Shown in pieces: positions 18,209-28,214 of a stretch of DNA of 64,000 bases. Position 1 is the first letter of the stretch; every line of letters starts with the position of its first letter. A program made the translations under genes and the position numbers. The DNA is from a virus: positions 86,462-150,461 of the IMG/VR virus record IMGVR_UViG_3300032323_002909. One strand, written 5' to 3'. The notes beneath the pieces are model-generated. The model ran no database searches. It was given only the letters and a program-made list of their open reading frames with translations, and was not told the origin of the DNA.

Positions 18209-18232
18209 GCCCCCCTCTGAAAGGAGGGGGGT
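18209..18232. terminator. GC-rich hairpin with GAAA loop after gp32
   Basis: CCCCCCTCT-GAAA-GGAGGGGGG; A-rich 5' flank, weak U-tract on plus strand. Confidence 0.6.
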
Positions 18233-18243
18233 ATAATATACTT

Positions 18244-18702
18244 ATGAGCAATATTCCAGAAGAAATAGAAGCAATGGCTTTTTTTATCGGTCAATCCAAT
18301 CAGATTGACAATATGATGGTAGAAAAACCATCAACCTTGATAACATCTGCCGATACCCTTAAACAGGGTATGCACGAATATTTATTACAGCAGCGCAGAT
18401 TGCAGTCGCCTCCTCCACCACCACCATCTCCTTATGCACATGCCCCTTCGAATTTGTATGCCCCTATGAATCATCCTGTGCATACTACAACATCTGCTCC
18501 TTTACCTACTCAACCATCTAATGATGATCAATTAGAATTTAATTTTGATCCAAAGCTAGGACAACAGATGATCGACTTATTGAAAGAAATATCACTAAAA
18601 CTTACAAAGCAACTAAACATTTTAGAAAAGAAATATGAAAATAAATCTTCAAAAGACACCGCTACAGATCTTTCTGTCGAGTTTGTCGATGATTCAAGAT
18701 AA
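18244..18702 (+). CDS. Hypothetical proline-rich protein
   Basis: Poly-Pro linker, DQLEFNFD motif; TATAAT-N6-ATG. Confidence 0.65.
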   Translation: MSNIPEEIEAMAFFIGQSNQIDNMMVEKPSTLITSADTLKQGMHEYLLQQRRLQSPPPPPPSPYAHAPSNLYAPMNHPVHTTTSAPLPTQPSNDDQLEFNFDPKLGQQMIDLLKEISLKLTKQLNILEKKYENKSSKDTATDLSVEFVDDSR

Positions 18703-19342
18703 ATGTGTCTTGACGTTGAAAGATGACGGTATACATGGTATTACATCTAGTAAAGATAATACCATGTATGCGTATGCTAGCCTTGAAGGTGAGTATGAAG
18801 AAGGTCGATTGAATTTACCATCACTTGAAAAGTTATCCAAAGCTTTGTCGATGGTGAAAGAGGAAGACATCACACTTGTGATAAAGGGAAATCATTTGGA
18901 ATATAAAAATGATGAACTTAAGTTTAAATATCACCTACATGAGGACGGTGTTATATCAGTGCCTAATTTGACTTTGAATAAAATTCAAAGTTTCCACTTT
19001 AACATTGAATTTAAATTAGACATGGATTTCATGGCTAGTCTTTTACAGAAATCTTCTATCACGAATACTAAAAAATTGTATATCTACACAGAAGATAATA
19101 GCTTGGTGTGGAAGCTAGGCGATGATACAGCACCTAACAGCGATTCTATTTGTATCATTGGCGAGGAAGTCGATTTCGATCTTAAACCTTTCATTATGAA
19201 AGTGGACGATTTGAAATTAATAACCAAAGTATCAAAGTATAATAATATTTTTAAAATTAATTCCAAGATGGGTATCGGTGCTATCATCAGCAAAAATGAT
19301 TATTTTGGAATTCAATACATTTTTTCATCTATTAGAAATTAA
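18635..19342 (+). CDS. 45: DNA polymerase sliding clamp, T4 gp45-like
   Basis: 235 aa, two-domain alternating beta/alpha pattern, FKYHL...I-VP interdomain linker, replication context. Confidence 0.7.
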   Translation: MKINLQKTPLQIFLSSLSMIQDKCVLTLKDDGIHGITSSKDNTMYAYASLEGEYEEGRLNLPSLEKLSKALSMVKEEDITLVIKGNHLEYKNDELKFKYHLHEDGVISVPNLTLNKIQSFHFNIEFKLDMDFMASLLQKSSITNTKKLYIYTEDNSLVWKLGDDTAPNSDSICIIGEEVDFDLKPFIMKVDDLKLITKVSKYNNIFKINSKMGIGAIISKNDYFGIQYIFSSIRN

Positions 19343-19344
19343 TC

Positions 19345-19599
19345 ATGGCTGCTATAAACGAAATTACAGGAAAAGTTATCAGAACCAATCCCCAAAACTC
19401 CAAATATGCCGAAAATTGGGATAAAATTTTTACTAAAAAATCTTCCAATGAATGGCTAAAAGAATGTGCAGATGTTGTATTATTAGATCCTGATGGGTGG
19501 CGACAGAATGATGGTGTTGATATGGATACTCCCATCAAATGGGCAGATTTTCAATATAGGTTATCTTTATCGACTATAATGTGTAAAAATATTAAATAA
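19345..19599 (+). CDS. Hypothetical protein
   Basis: NEITG..I.T...Y.ENWDKIF and LDPDGWR patterns. Confidence 0.65.
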   Translation: MAAINEITGKVIRTNPQNSKYAENWDKIFTKKSSNEWLKECADVVLLDPDGWRQNDGVDMDTPIKWADFQYRLSLSTIMCKNIK

Positions 19600-19606
19600 T
19601 ATTATC

Positions 19607-20251
19607 ATGAAATTAACACAAAAAGATCAGTCCGAGATAGCAAATTTATATTCCGAAATTTTAGTAGAAGCATTTTCAGATCTTGGGAAATTATCACCTG
19701 AGCAATTACGTAAAGGTTATCGTTTAAACCCGAATGATTCGGATAACTTTAAAGAAGTCAGTGGGCGAGTGTTTCATAACGCTTTGGAAGTTATCAAAAA
19801 TAACGACGATATGCGCAAAGTTACAAATCCCGACTACTATAAAGCTATCAGACAAAATCTTTCAACATATCCCATCGCTGAATATAATTCGATGAGATGT
19901 TTTCTAGGTAAGAATAATTCCAGTGGTTTCTGCATCAAAGACGACGATGAATTGGTTTCTTTGTTTTCTTCTTTAGAATCTTCTGGTAAAGCAGCTGCCC
20001 TAGCAGCTATTGAAAATGGTGCAAAACGACTTGATTGTTTCGCAACTCAAGATCAAAACGGTAACATTAAAAACGAAGGTTTATATAAACTTTACTCGTC
20101 TGTCGGGTTTGTTATTGACGAATCGTTGACTACTGGCGAACTAGGTGAGCCGTATGCAATACAAAATGGTATATCATATTTTGTCGGTCCAGATGAAGTA
20201 GTAGACCCAACCCACCCAACAGTGGTGATTTTCATGAAATTATCAAGATGA
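19607..20251 (+). CDS. GNAT-like protein with putative head-targeting N-terminus
   Basis: LVSLFS..SGKAA..AAIENGAKRLDCF...LYKLYSSVGF resembles GNAT motifs A/B; TAAATA 19593-19598. Confidence 0.5.
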   Translation: MKLTQKDQSEIANLYSEILVEAFSDLGKLSPEQLRKGYRLNPNDSDNFKEVSGRVFHNALEVIKNNDDMRKVTNPDYYKAIRQNLSTYPIAEYNSMRCFLGKNNSSGFCIKDDDELVSLFSSLESSGKAAALAAIENGAKRLDCFATQDQNGNIKNEGLYKLYSSVGFVIDESLTTGELGEPYAIQNGISYFVGPDEVVDPTHPTVVIFMKLSR

Positions 20252-20535
20252 CATTAATATATCCAAAAGAACATATAGAAAACGCTCCAATCGAGCAAGA
20301 TGTAGATATCATAACTGATTATGATGAATTAAACGCGAAAATTTCGGGGTTATACGATACCTTCACGGTAATTGTATCTCACAACGAGTCTGCGAGTGAG
20401 TTGAATTATGTGATAAATTTTGATAGAATCAAAAATTTACATATTTTAACCACATTCATCGATTGTAGATATAAATCAGACAATCTTAAACTATTAATTG
20501 ATAAATTTAAAGCATTTGAAAATGCTTGGATGTAA
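20248..20535 (+). CDS. Hypothetical protein
   Basis: ATGA overlap with upstream gene. Confidence 0.55.
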   Translation: MTLIYPKEHIENAPIEQDVDIITDYDELNAKISGLYDTFTVIVSHNESASELNYVINFDRIKNLHILTTFIDCRYKSDNLKLLIDKFKAFENAWM

Positions 20536-20579
20536 AATAGTAGTTGAATATTGTCAATACCGTAATAAGTATATCATAT

Positions 20580-20909
20580 ATGAAAAATAATATCGCCACG
20601 CAAGGTTATTTTGTTAAAAGATTAAGAGATTCTGGGTTTGTAGTTGTTAAATTATTTGATAAATACGCTCAACATGATCCTAGAAAATGGACGATTATGG
20701 TCGATCCCAGCAATACATCTGTTCTCATAACATGTTATCAAAATAAAGAATTTAAAGGTGATGTTTTATTTGAGATCAATGATGGTGGTAATAGATTTTT
20801 CAAAAACTACAACCTCAAAACACAAAGTATGGAAATTGTTATTATTACTTTACTTGAAAAAGGTATTTGTCAGATCAAACAAGATTCTGAATATATAAAA
20901 GATAAGTAA
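20580..20909 (+). CDS. Hypothetical protein
   Basis: ATG 20580; YFVKRLRDSG. Confidence 0.65.
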   Translation: MKNNIATQGYFVKRLRDSGFVVVKLFDKYAQHDPRKWTIMVDPSNTSVLITCYQNKEFKGDVLFEINDGGNRFFKNYNLKTQSMEIVIITLLEKGICQIKQDSEYIKDK

Positions 20910-20913
20910 TAAT

Positions 20914-21225
20914 ATGGAGAAACACGAGGATGACAATGATGGTATTTTTGTGGATGATAAAGTTATAGAAATTCTTAGAGAATCTCTAAAACATAAATTA
21001 AAAAAAGAAAGAAAATACAACAAAAAAAGTTTTAACGGTGTTTTAAAATCAACATTGCAAGAATTTTTAACTTGTGCTAAAGTATTAGGATATGATTTAG
21101 ATGGGAATGTGGTAGAAATTACATTTTTTGGAAATAAAATGGAAGACGCTGCATTACAAAATCTTTTTATTCAAAAATTTGGCGAATACTTGCAATCAAA
21201 AGCAAATATTATAGATGATTTTTAA
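20914..21225 (+). CDS. Hypothetical protein
   Basis: Operon tiling; LGYDLDG. Confidence 0.65.
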   Translation: MEKHEDDNDGIFVDDKVIEILRESLKHKLKKERKYNKKSFNGVLKSTLQEFLTCAKVLGYDLDGNVVEITFFGNKMEDAALQNLFIQKFGEYLQSKANIIDDF

Positions 21226-21499
21226 TTTTTTAGATAAAATGAAAAAAGGCAGCGTTTATGCTGTCCAAGTTGGTGATTATGTGGGGCAGTTCTTCAATTA
21301 TATTAAGAAGGACAGTAATAATTATTTTTTCTTATCTACTCCAAATGTGGAGATAATAAAAGTTCCAAAAGAAAAATTTGACTTCGCATTGAATAATGGT
21401 ATTATCGAATACGTTGAAACTCTCCCAAGAAATATCTTCAAAGTTATCAAAGCACAGTACCAACAATTATCAGAAAAAAATGGTAAAAATACCTTCTGA
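21215..21499 (+). CDS. Hypothetical protein
   Basis: Operon tiling upstream of primase. Confidence 0.6.
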   Translation: MIFNFLDKMKKGSVYAVQVGDYVGQFFNYIKKDSNNYFFLSTPNVEIIKVPKEKFDFALNNGIIEYVETLPRNIFKVIKAQYQQLSEKNGKNTF

Positions 21500-22508
21500 T
21501 TATGTGGTATCTAAGTTTTATGAGTATGGTTATAAAGTAACTCATAACACCTACAGCGGAACTTACCAATGTTGTTGCCCCATTTGCAAAGAGGGTAAAA
21601 GTTGGGGATTCAAGAAAAGATGTTTCTACATACCCGAAAATGAATTGATTTACTGCCATAATTGTGGTTGGTCATCCAAACCATATAAATGGATAAAGGA
21701 AGTTTCTGGATTATCATACGATGATATCGTGTCAGAAATAAATAATGGCGACTTTGGCGTTATTGATGTTTTAGAATTACCTGAAACCAACAACATTACA
21801 CCATCTAGAGTATTACCAACCTTACCCACTGATAGCATCAATCTTTTTGATAAAGCGCAAACTGATTATTATAAAAATAATAAAATTGTGCAGGATGCTT
21901 TAAATTATATCAAGGCTAGACGACTGAATAATGCTGTTAATAAACCAGATGCCTTTTATTTATCATTAAAAGATGACGTTCATCGTAAGCGACTCATCAT
22001 ACCTTTTAAAAACACTGATGGTAAGATTATTTTTTACCAGTCTAGAAAACTAATAGATGATGAGTCGCCGACATACTTATCAAAAGACGGTGGTGACAAG
22101 TCATTATTCGGTATCGAGAGGATAAACCCTGATTTAGATACAATATTCATTACTGAAGGACCATTAGATGCGTGTTTTGTCAAAAACGGCATAGGATTGG
22201 GTGGTATTAGTAAGAAAAATCATTTATTTACACATGATCAACAATCTCAAATGGATGGTTTGAAATTCTTCAATCATATTTGGGTATTAGATAGCCAATG
22301 GGTGGATGAAACCGCTAGAGAGAAGACACTACAATTGATACAAATGGGTGAAACTGTCTTTATATGGCCCGAATATGATGGTCGTAAATTTAAAGATTTG
22401 AATGAGATGTGTGTCGCTTACGATACAGACGAATACCCGACAGATCTTATAATAAAAAATAGCCACAAGGGACTTGCGGCTATTGTGAAAATGAAGTTGA
22501 TTAAATAA
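21480..22508 (+). CDS. 61: DNA primase, T4 gp61-like
   Basis: Zinc finger CPIC...CHNC, LIIPF, YQSR, Toprim TEGPLD, KDLNE. Confidence 0.93.
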   Translation: MVKIPSDYVVSKFYEYGYKVTHNTYSGTYQCCCPICKEGKSWGFKKRCFYIPENELIYCHNCGWSSKPYKWIKEVSGLSYDDIVSEINNGDFGVIDVLELPETNNITPSRVLPTLPTDSINLFDKAQTDYYKNNKIVQDALNYIKARRLNNAVNKPDAFYLSLKDDVHRKRLIIPFKNTDGKIIFYQSRKLIDDESPTYLSKDGGDKSLFGIERINPDLDTIFITEGPLDACFVKNGIGLGGISKKNHLFTHDQQSQMDGLKFFNHIWVLDSQWVDETAREKTLQLIQMGETVFIWPEYDGRKFKDLNEMCVAYDTDEYPTDLIIKNSHKGLAAIVKMKLIK

Positions 22509-22514
22509 TCAAAT

Positions 22515-22937
22515 TTATTTGGTGTTTTTGCTAGGACTGAATAACTCGGCTAATCCTGCCAAATCAGCCGCAATCTTTGCGATTTTGTCTTGATGTTTTT
22601 TAAGATTTGCAAGATTCGAGTTGGGATTAGCATTTTGTAGAGTTTTTTGAATACTCGTAGATTGCTCACCATTAATATATTTGGTGAATTTATTGATGTT
22701 GGTAATCCACTTGTCTAAAAGATTACTCATTTGTTCATTCTGACGAGCCATTGGATCATCTGTATTATTAATAGCATTTGGATCGGGTTCCATATCGACA
22801 TCATAATCATCGATCCCCACATCATCGATACCATCCATAGAAGATTCGGCAGCATCTCTCTCCATAGTAGGATCGAAATCTAATTCAGGTGCTTCTTTGA
22901 GTAATTTAAGAAATTTTGATTTGAATTTGTTCGTCAT
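22515..22937 (-). CDS. Hypothetical acidic late protein with putative head-targeting N-terminus
   Basis: TAAATA upstream; MTNKFKSKFLKLLKE|A. Confidence 0.65.
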   Translation of the reverse strand: MTNKFKSKFLKLLKEAPELDFDPTMERDAAESSMDGIDDVGIDDYDVDMEPDPNAINNTDDPMARQNEQMSNLLDKWITNINKFTKYINGEQSTSIQKTLQNANPNSNLANLKKHQDKIAKIAADLAGLAELFSPSKNTK

Positions 22938-22971
22938 GTTATTATTTAGCAAAAAATTATTAAATATCTAT

Positions 22972-23337
22972 ATGGCAGCTTCAAATTCCCCTTATTCCAC
23001 CGCTATAGCATCAGGTGCTATTGATTTCGATTTCGAAAGTAGCCTGAGTCCCTCACAGCAAATGCAAAAATACAAAACTGAGGAATTGGACGCAATTGCT
23101 CCAAATATTCTACCTTTCGAATTCAGAGAAATTCCTCAAAATTTAGCAGCAATTATCGATAATGCTTTTCAGGCATCTTCAACATTGGAAAATGTTTTAA
23201 AAATTAAAAAATACGAGAAAAGTAGTGAGTTATTGAAGCTTAAAGGGAATCTCGAACAAGTTGTAATGTACTTTTCGAAAAAAAGTGATAATATTTTGTC
23301 GAAATACACTCTTGGCTTGCAAGACGATAAAAACTAG
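22972..23337 (+). CDS. Hypothetical late protein
   Basis: TAAATA 22961-22966 then N5-ATG. Confidence 0.65.
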   Translation: MAASNSPYSTAIASGAIDFDFESSLSPSQQMQKYKTEELDAIAPNILPFEFREIPQNLAAIIDNAFQASSTLENVLKIKKYEKSSELLKLKGNLEQVVMYFSKKSDNILSKYTLGLQDDKN

Positions 23338-23343
23338 TGTATC

Positions 23344-23871
23344 ATGTTCAACATGATGAGTAAAACACACATAAAACATATAATACTGGGATTGACAGTA
23401 TCGATAGGAATAGGATACAGTATATCGTCAAGCGACGAAGATTTTGTTAAAAAATCTATTATATCTGCAATAGGTTATTTCTTTGGATATCGTTATTTTA
23501 TAAATAAAAAGAACATAGATGCCGAAGTTGAATCTCTGAAAGAACTCTTAGAAGAAAAAAAGGTTGACCAAAGAGTTGAAATTTTGGAAAACATGCTAGG
23601 AGAATCCGATAATATCATATCCAATCAAGAAGAAGTTATCAAATACTATGAAGATTTATTAGATGATGCTACAGTGAGATTCCCTTGCAATTGTGGTGTG
23701 AACACATTCGAGGGTATATTCAAGCCAACTGGATCATATATTGTAGAATGTGAATTTTGTAAGAACAAATACAATATTGATTTGAAATTAGAAACTGCCC
23801 TGATCACCGAACCAATCGAAGATCTTAACATCGATAAACTTATTAGAGAAAATACAAATGATAACAATTAA
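23344..23871 (+). CDS. Membrane protein with coiled coil and C-terminal zinc ribbon
   Basis: Two N-terminal hydrophobic segments, coiled coil, CNC...CEFC. Confidence 0.6.
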   Translation: MFNMMSKTHIKHIILGLTVSIGIGYSISSSDEDFVKKSIISAIGYFFGYRYFINKKNIDAEVESLKELLEEKKVDQRVEILENMLGESDNIISNQEEVIKYYEDLLDDATVRFPCNCGVNTFEGIFKPTGSYIVECEFCKNKYNIDLKLETALITEPIEDLNIDKLIRENTNDNN

Positions 23872-24088
23872 TACAAAAAAAGGTGCAGTGGAAATGTCTT
23901 TAAGTGAATTTGCAAGATGGGCATGTTTGGTAGAGGCTTTGATGTTTATCAGTGATAAAGCCAAAGAACTCAATATATCACCAAAACATCTTGTGAAACC
24001 TAATGCATTGGATCAATACATAACCGAGAGATACCATTCAGTCTTTGCTGATGTCAAATATGAATATAATGCTGGCATGTTGAAATAA
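23858..24088 (+). CDS. Hypothetical protein
   Basis: RWACLVEA pattern; operon tiling. Confidence 0.6.
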   Translation: MITINTKKGAVEMSLSEFARWACLVEALMFISDKAKELNISPKHLVKPNALDQYITERYHSVFADVKYEYNAGMLK

Positions 24089-24718
24089 TTAAAATCCTAG
24101 AGTATTACAATCTTCAACAGGACAACCTTCGAAGATTGGTATCGCCACATTGATAATAGGTGGCGGGGTAACAGCCGATGGCGATGGTGTGGCGATAGTT
24201 GTAGGTGCTGAAGCCAATCTGAATTCAAAATTGAACGGTGACACTCGTGGTGGTCTTGAAAAATTCACCACGAGTGGTTTTATAGGGGTTACTGTTTGAT
24301 TTATTATGGGTTCACTCCCAAAAGGCGTTATAATGTTGGATGAACTAACCGATATAAATAAATTGATAGTAAAACAATCAGATACACCATTACATAACAC
24401 CACTGTTCCATTATTAAATGAATTCACTGTTAGTAAATCACTAACATATAGATTGTTGTCTTCTTCACTGTTAAATTGAATACTTACTTGATAAGATTCA
24501 TTATTATAATCTTGAATAGAAAAAATTTGTGTTATCGATCCTAAATTATCGTAGATATAAGAATCATATTCATCATATAGCAATTCTTGATCACTTTCCA
24601 CACTGCCGACTAGCATCAAAGGAGGAAAATTATTCACCAATGTAGTAACATTTTCGTTGCTACCAGTGTAACTCGTCAATGATAAAGTGACGGGATTATT
24701 GGTGAAATACGCAGCCAT
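24089..24718 (-). CDS. Hypothetical virion-region protein
   Basis: End of minus-strand tail operon; beta-rich with Pro/Thr tail. Confidence 0.6.
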   Translation of the reverse strand: MAAYFTNNPVTLSLTSYTGSNENVTTLVNNFPPLMLVGSVESDQELLYDEYDSYIYDNLGSITQIFSIQDYNNESYQVSIQFNSEEDNNLYVSDLLTVNSFNNGTVVLCNGVSDCFTINLFISVSSSNIITPFGSEPIINQTVTPIKPLVVNFSRPPRVSPFNFEFRLASAPTTIATPSPSAVTPPPIINVAIPIFEGCPVEDCNTLGF

Positions 24719-24727
24719 ATAAAAATA

Positions 24728-25141
24728 TTATAATAATATGGAAGGAATGGTAGATTTAATACCTTTCAAGTTATTTGGTAAAGGAGTCGAAGTGACATCC
24801 CTTAAAGCATTTTTTTGTGCTATCACATCCGACTGCAATGCTGTATCACCAGATTCAAGAGCTTTCATATAAGACAAATCTAATGCATCTAGTTTGGATT
24901 TTCTTAATTTTCTCCAATAATCACGTTGGATATCTTTAGCTTTTTTAATATCGATGTTTATGGTATCATTTTTTAATACCCATGCTTTTCTGAAATAATT
25001 TTCGCTAGGTAAATCGTTTTTGTTTAAAATAACGTATTTACTATCGTTTGGAACCATTGATATTAATGCTTCAATAGTCATTTCTACACATGGGTGAATG
25101 ATGGCTACTCCGTCTTCTTTTTGATATGCAATAATATTCAT
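24728..25141 (-). CDS. Tail fibre assembly chaperone-like protein
   Basis: LPS..FRKAW, DIKKAK, R...L..LD..YMKALE, KNALRD; follows fibre gene. Confidence 0.7.
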   Translation of the reverse strand: MNIIAYQKEDGVAIIHPCVEMTIEALISMVPNDSKYVILNKNDLPSENYFRKAWVLKNDTINIDIKKAKDIQRDYWRKLRKSKLDALDLSYMKALESGDTALQSDVIAQKNALRDVTSTPLPNNLKGIKSTIPSILL

Positions 25142-25145
25142 GTTT

Positions 25146-26411
25146 TTATATAAAAATAGCTACGCAAATTTCGGTAGAATCATAGGGATCATCGCTTTCT
25201 CTGTTCCATATCTCTAATGCACTCGCTGTCTTTGTCCCATCTAATGGTGGGGACATAACACTCCCCCAACCAACGTTGTTGATTTGCCTCGATGCCGCCA
25301 CATAACAATAATTCGCTGATGGTAAAGGTGTGGTAAAATTTATAATATACTTTCCTGTGTCTACACTAGTGATAGCAGATACATTGTAACTATTTATAAT
25401 TGAAAGATTCGTACCGTTAAATACAACCCATGCTTTACTAGAACCATTTGCAGATGTGTTGATGGTTAATGTTGAATTGTTATTGAAATTAGCCGATCCT
25501 GATACATCACCTGTTAAACTAATGGTCTGACCACTTAAATTTCCTTGAAGTGTAGTTCCTCTGATTGTTCCATTAACTTGTAATTTTGCAACTGGATCAG
25601 TTACTCCGATACCAACATTACCTGTTTCATCGATGCGCAATCTTTCAGTTCGTCTATCGGTTCTGGTTCCCGCTCCTTGTGTTTGAAACACCATTTCAGA
25701 TGCGCCATCTGTTCTTACGATAGTTTGTATATTTGATACAGCGTTACCTGATTCATTATTAACGGTAAAGAATACTGAAGCTTCGGCAGTAAGTGCTGCG
25801 AAATTGTTTTGAACTGAAATGCCTCTAGCTTGGTCGCCACCACCTACAAAACGTGCTAAATTACTACTCAATGCTACAACATCCAATGCCGCAGAAAGGG
25901 TGGTTGTTCCTATTCCCACAAGTCCTTGATTGGTTATAACAAAACGGGTAGTGGTGCTAAGAGGATCTTCAACCTCTAATGCGTTACCAGCACCTGCTTG
26001 TTTTATCAATAGTCCAGCACGTGATGCGTTCAATGTGATAGTATCGCCACTTTTGGATACATATTCTCCACTCACGTTACTAACTGTCGTGGAATTGTTG
26101 GCGATTTCTTCCCAATCGCTAATTCTGGAACCATCGTTTTCTTTAAGACGATATAAAAGTTTGTCGCTTGTACTATATGCTAAATCACCCACTTCTGCTG
26201 GTGCGAATAGAGTAACACTCGCACCACTACCTTTGAATATATTTCCCGCTACTACACCGCCTCTAGTAGCGCCATCACCTACAAACAAACGTCTTGTGTC
26301 GGTGGTATATCCTGGCTCACCTGGATTTAAAATCACGTTTTTTCTTTCATTATCAGTCCCTTGGCGAACTAATAATTTTATCAAACTGTTATCAAATATT
26401 TCTATGCTCAT
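25146..26411 (-). CDS. Tail fibre protein
   Basis: Mtd-N-like RQGT...GEPGYTTDTRRLFVGDG; GNVGIG..P.AKLQV repeats; C-terminal KAWVVFNG...YNVS...TGKY..NF. Confidence 0.8.
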   Translation of the reverse strand: MSIEIFDNSLIKLLVRQGTDNERKNVILNPGEPGYTTDTRRLFVGDGATRGGVVAGNIFKGSGASVTLFAPAEVGDLAYSTSDKLLYRLKENDGSRISDWEEIANNSTTVSNVSGEYVSKSGDTITLNASRAGLLIKQAGAGNALEVEDPLSTTTRFVITNQGLVGIGTTTLSAALDVVALSSNLARFVGGGDQARGISVQNNFAALTAEASVFFTVNNESGNAVSNIQTIVRTDGASEMVFQTQGAGTRTDRRTERLRIDETGNVGIGVTDPVAKLQVNGTIRGTTLQGNLSGQTISLTGDVSGSANFNNNSTLTINTSANGSSKAWVVFNGTNLSIINSYNVSAITSVDTGKYIINFTTPLPSANYCYVAASRQINNVGWGSVMSPPLDGTKTASALEIWNRESDDPYDSTEICVAIFI

Positions 26412-26412
26412 A

Positions 26413-27504
26413 TTAATATGCAAAAATTGGTATTGCAAACCTCCCCACTAATTGATTGTCCCTACTAACATTATTACCTTCAAATGTTAAGAATCCTGCC
26501 GATGTTAATATTACAGTCATTGTGCTACCATCGTTTAAAATATTATTTAATGCTGTTGCACTAAGTCTTGTGACAGTTAAATTCGGAATCGCCCCTGTAA
26601 TTGTATGTGCGGGTGTACCATTGAACAAACTACTCAATCCAACGCCTAAGCTTGATGCGCCTATTCCAGTCAATGTGCTGAAAATAGATTTTTCTACTGA
26701 GTTTCTATCGATAATAGGTTTCCAATTGTTGAGATTTGTCGATGGATTAGCACTCAACTGATAAAATACTCCATCAACGCTAGCCATATCGCCTATTCTT
26801 GGATTATTATTGGAACCACCACTTAAAAGAGTTAAATCAGTCGTGGTAGATTGTGGTAAATAAATTTTGGTAATACCATCATAATTGATATTTAATTCTC
26901 TATCAACATAACGAAACTGACTAGGATTAGCTATAATTTGAATAGGTGCGTTATTTCCACCACTTATACCATTTCCAAAAGATGTGGATTTGATTTCTTT
27001 TTGCGTTATAGCATTTGCACTCAATGTTAAAACATTGTTGGGTACATCGAAAAAATTCGTATCGTAATTGATTCGTAGTAAATTGTTTCGAATAACCAAC
27101 CCATCAGTTATTGTATTTGGGTTGATTTTAGAAGCTGATAAACCACTAAGTTTAACATTTAAAGTAGATGCATCATCATATTCCAATTCATTTGAAATTT
27201 TCGTAGCCAACCTACCCCAATTTGCAATGTTTGTATGGGGGGTTGCTGTTAATTGATACCACACGTTATTGATCGGTACAATATCACCAACTTCTGCATA
27301 TAAAGATGATAAATTATTGACGATGTTAACTGGTGTGTTTACTTTACTAACTACCGACACTCCTCCCAGAGTCACACCATTTCCAATATATAAACGATTG
27401 GTATCAATAGTGTAAGATAATTCACCTTGATCCAACCGAGTTAAAATTCTTTGAGCATTAGTACCTCTGCGAATTTTTATTTTAGATATAAAAAATTGTG
27501 ACAT
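26413..27504 (-). CDS. Tail fibre-like protein
   Basis: Mtd-N-like KIRRGT...GELSYTIDTNRLYIGNG; internal GD...YQL.A.P.TN..NW duplication. Confidence 0.75.
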   Translation of the reverse strand: MSQFFISKIKIRRGTNAQRILTRLDQGELSYTIDTNRLYIGNGVTLGGVSVVSKVNTPVNIVNNLSSLYAEVGDIVPINNVWYQLTATPHTNIANWGRLATKISNELEYDDASTLNVKLSGLSASKINPNTITDGLVIRNNLLRINYDTNFFDVPNNVLTLSANAITQKEIKSTSFGNGISGGNNAPIQIIANPSQFRYVDRELNINYDGITKIYLPQSTTTDLTLLSGGSNNNPRIGDMASVDGVFYQLSANPSTNLNNWKPIIDRNSVEKSIFSTLTGIGASSLGVGLSSLFNGTPAHTITGAIPNLTVTRLSATALNNILNDGSTMTVILTSAGFLTFEGNNVSRDNQLVGRFAIPIFAY

Positions 27505-27513
27505 ATTGATTAT

Positions 27514-28206
27514 TTAAGAAAGTCTTCTCCAAACGTATACACCAAAACTTGGTGGAGTATTATTGTGCGCATTGCCACCACCAGTTCTTGAAGTAAATCC
27601 TTGGCGATTGGTTGAACTGAAGCTTCCAACAGCATCTGCTGAAAAATAAGATGCATCAGGATTAGATGATGTTCTATTTTCATCCATATCTTGCCTACTA
27701 GCACCATATATATGTGGATGTTGGGTGCTATTGGTAAGTGCTTCGGTTCGAACACCATTCAAATGATTATGTTCTGGTATCTGACCAACTGTCAATGCTA
27801 CAGTGTACTCGCCACTGTTATTACCTTCTGTAAAGGATCTACTACTTGTGTTATCATCAGTGCCATTGCCAACACCCACCAAAAATCTTCCTTGTGATAC
27901 TAGAGTCCAAGTAGTTCCACTAAATCTGGTTTGTGGGTTTACAGAGGTCGCGGTTAGATATAATGAATCGACAGGATATAAAAAATCTATAATATTATTA
28001 AAACCTACCACCGATATTGTATCTGCTTCTAATTTTCCGCTGATTTTGATACCTTTAGTCTCCGCACCAATACTCAATGCGGTTTTATTACCCAATCCAT
28101 CATACATAACCACGGGATCATTTCCCACAATTGGTGTGTTTGAGGTGTGGAGAAATCCTGTATAGGCATCTGCAATAAATTCATCCGTAAGATTTGGTAA
28201 AGGCAT
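27514..28206 (-). CDS. Baseplate/collar protein (gp10 C-terminal-like)
   Basis: YPV.SLY...NP...GTTW...GRFLVG...LTVGQIPEHNH...GGGNAHNN.PP...YVWRR. Confidence 0.75.
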   Translation of the reverse strand: MPLPNLTDEFIADAYTGFLHTSNTPIVGNDPVVMYDGLGNKTALSIGAETKGIKISGKLEADTISVVGFNNIIDFLYPVDSLYLTATSVNPQTRFSGTTWTLVSQGRFLVGVGNGTDDNTSSRSFTEGNNSGEYTVALTVGQIPEHNHLNGVRTEALTNSTQHPHIYGASRQDMDENRTSSNPDASYFSADAVGSFSSTNRQGFTSRTGGGNAHNNTPPSFGVYVWRRLS

Positions 28207-28214
28207 ATTATTAT

